DNA of 64,000 nucleotides from Lepidodermella squamata (Eukaryota > Animalia > Gastrotricha). The stretch lies in assembly GCA_047495785.1 (NCBI GenBank), contig JBLDXI010000025.1, positions 2,294,001 to 2,358,000 of the forward strand, in the 5' to 3' direction. Position numbers and translations under genes: made by a program. Below are positions 61,808-64,000 of this stretch, in pieces (within the stretch, counting starts at the first letter, position 1; each line of letters begins with the position of its first letter). The notes under the pieces are model-generated. The model saw only the letters and a program-made list of their open reading frames with translations, ran no database searches and was not told the DNA's origin.

Positions 61808-63229
61808 ATGACTCGCCCAGTCGCGCCCTCTTTGTTTTTCTGCGTCGTCACCACCTTTTGTTTCAGCCTAACAACTGCGCAGAATGACCTGGCTGAGCCA
61901 GTTACGCAATCTGGAGGCAATGATTGTTATATGACTGTAGAGGCTGGACCATGTCGAGGCTACTTCCCTATGTCCTACTGGGACCCTACGACAGCAAGTT
62001 GCAAGCTATTCATCTACGGCGGTTGCCAAGGCAACAGGAATCGCTTCCTTAATGAACAAGACTGCAAGGCGAGTTGCGCTGGTCGGGTTCTACAACCAAG
62101 AGTCACCTTTAGTAAGATTTGCAATTTTTTAGAATTTTTACTGATTTTTTCTATATTTTAGACCCAGCTTGTGGGAAATTGCCAACGACTAACTGCAATC
62201 TTTGGGATTTCTTCTCTACGATGAAATACTATTATGACACGTCAACCAGGAAGTGCCAAACAACTAGGTCATGCTCGAGACCTAATTACGGAATGGGCTT
62301 CAATCAAGACCAGCGCGAAGATAATTTGTTCGACTCGGAATTCGAGTGTCTGCAATACTGTTTAGAAACGAAGTTGTACCCAGCCTTTGCTTACTCCCCT
62401 TCTCAACAAAATCTTAAAACCTCTGCAAACGTTAATGTCCAACCTCAGAGACAGGTCTATGTACCCCCGCCTATGCTGGCCGTAGCTCCGCCGTCACCAA
62501 CACCGGTTTACACCATAGCCCCTATGCCTCCGCAGCAAAATTCGCTCAAAACCTACGTCCAACCTTCGAGTCTCATTTCACCACCTCAAACGCTACCTAT
62601 CGATCAGCAACCTCGACCTTCGCAACTATATCCATCGCTTTACGAGCCTCAGAGAACTAGAATACAGGTTGGAGATATGTGAAGTTTTTGAGGATTGATC
62701 TAATTTCTTTCTTTAGACTCAAATGCCGACCTTGTTGATCACCATTACGCAATCTCCAATGGGATTCGGTAGACCGTTTCCACCTGTTACTACAACAACT
62801 CCTGCTCCGTTCGCGAACCGTCAAACTACGAAGAGTCCATTCGTCGATCCTAACCTGAAGCCCATTGCAGAATGGGGTAAAACAGCAGGATCACTACTTC
62901 CACCGAGAATTTCCGACTACCTCTCAACCGAAAGACCTCGTTCAAACGTGCTAGGCGATGATACCTATGTTGAAGTTGACTACACTTGCTACGGCGATTT
63001 GCTGGAGCAATTCGTGCAGAATTCAGCCTCAGAATGCGCGAAACTCTGCGATGCGTACAACATGTACGGCTGTAACGCTTTCACGCTGAAGGATGGCGTC
63101 TGCTTCTTGCAAACCGGTTGCCCAGCTGATACTACGCGCATGAATTTCGACGAATTCGGCTACTACCTCGGCAACGATTTCGACTCACGGAAAGGAACGT
63201 CCTGGATTAGACGCCGCTTACAAAAATAA
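61808..63229 (+). CDS. Secreted Kunitz (P1 Arg) + variant-Kunitz + Pro/Gln linker + PAN protein (KP8)
   Basis: Exons 61808-62111, 62162-62667, 62717-63229. AGPCRGYF..YGGCQGNRNRF. Confidence 0.87.
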
Positions 63230-63525
63230 CGCACATTTTTTTCTCGCATCCATCTCTCAAATCTTGTTACCTATGTCTTTTCCTCTGATTTTATTATATT
63301 TTTTCTTTTTTTCTTGATTGAGTGCTTCGCCCGGTTAAATGAGTGTGAATAAAACCGCAAAGTGCACGCATCTTTTGTCCAGTGTTTTTCGCACCGCCGC
63401 ATTGGGTTGTTTTCTTATCGCGATAAGATGACCGTGATGATGCGAGCGAGAATCTCATCACGATCTAAACGCACCGCCGGCGCGCTCTTCAAAGTGAAAT
63501 TGTTCACGAAAAAAACACAACAATC

Positions 63526-64000
63526 TTAATTAATAGATGAGCTCTCGAGCCAAATAGCCCGAGGCGATGGCGGAGATGATGATGATGGGGGTCGCCCTCC
63601 TGCACTTGAACCCATTGTTATTTACTCGTCTTCACGTAAAACCCACCTTTATCATGAACTCTATCGCCGTTGCTATATTGATTATCACCCTGGTAAGATT
63701 ATAACGGCTGATAATGTCATATATTGATTCATTACCCGGAAATTGTGTAGGAACACGTGCATGCAGCACCTTGGTATGACCTGCGAAAGTCATACAGAAA
63801 GCTGCAATACCACTGTGGCACGGAGTTACAATCAGATTATCCGATCTCCAGTGTTGAAGAATGTGCCCTTCTTTGCGATAGATTCGAGCTCTGCACTGCC
63901 TTTTCATATTTCGCGGATCTTGGAGGCCGTTGCTCTTTAAGGACTAAGTGCTCTACAATTTCCGGAGGAGCCGCTGGTACCCAGGGCCAACAATCGTGGC
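63526..64000 (-). CDS. 3' part of a multi-exon gene resembling the P2X7 C-terminal ballast / zinc-coordinating (nanor-like) domain; the 5' end lies beyond the window
   Basis: Four consecutive 46-49 bp GT-AG introns (63980-63935, 63829-63781, 63735-63690, 63646-63600) give an open frame: ...RQCRARIYR..15aa..VIPRCCMHVFLHNFRGDNQYS. Confidence 0.6.

Noticed and set aside
63900-64000. KH-domain-like reading (ATIVGPG..SKIREI) on the minus strand
   Set aside because: That frame stops immediately, while the alternative frame stays open through four introns.

Overview
This is a gene-dense window from an invertebrate animal. Most introns are 46-64 bp GT-AG, and the taxon cannot be fixed from this sequence. 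I rebuilt the exon structures by hand. Two lineage-specific families dominate. (1) Ten divergent nuclear-receptor (NR) loci: one on the + strand at 1.3-2.8 kb and nine in a head-to-tail minus-strand array at 20.0-38.2 kb. They share a non-canonical first zinc finger and P-box (VPRRxDYQPxxCEACQKFFRR) and a D-box of 6-15 aa. The array also holds an intact, promoter-less three-exon ligand-binding-domain (LBD) cassette that may be an alternative 3' half, an anti-Lepore-type chimera, two copies with DBD frameshifts, and one copy split by a 982-bp nested-palindrome element with a 9-bp TSD. (2) Eight secreted proteins built as signal peptide - [canonical Kunitz] - remodelled Kunitz-like domain - low-complexity linker - one or two PAN/apple domains. 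A probable trypsin-fold pseudo-protease sits among them. Other genes: an extracellular Cu/Zn SOD with a GPI-like tail and Ile at the catalytic Arg position; a single-CCP secreted protein; three tandem double-Ly6/uPAR-like mucins with a CD164/porimin-type TM and YxxPhi tail; an atypical FYVE-like protein; a two-intron ADAM with a mucin stalk; and the 3' end of a gene resembling the P2X7 'ballast' domain. Small MITE-like elements are present. I found no rRNA, tRNA or CRISPR array. Family calls come from motif recognition, not database searches.
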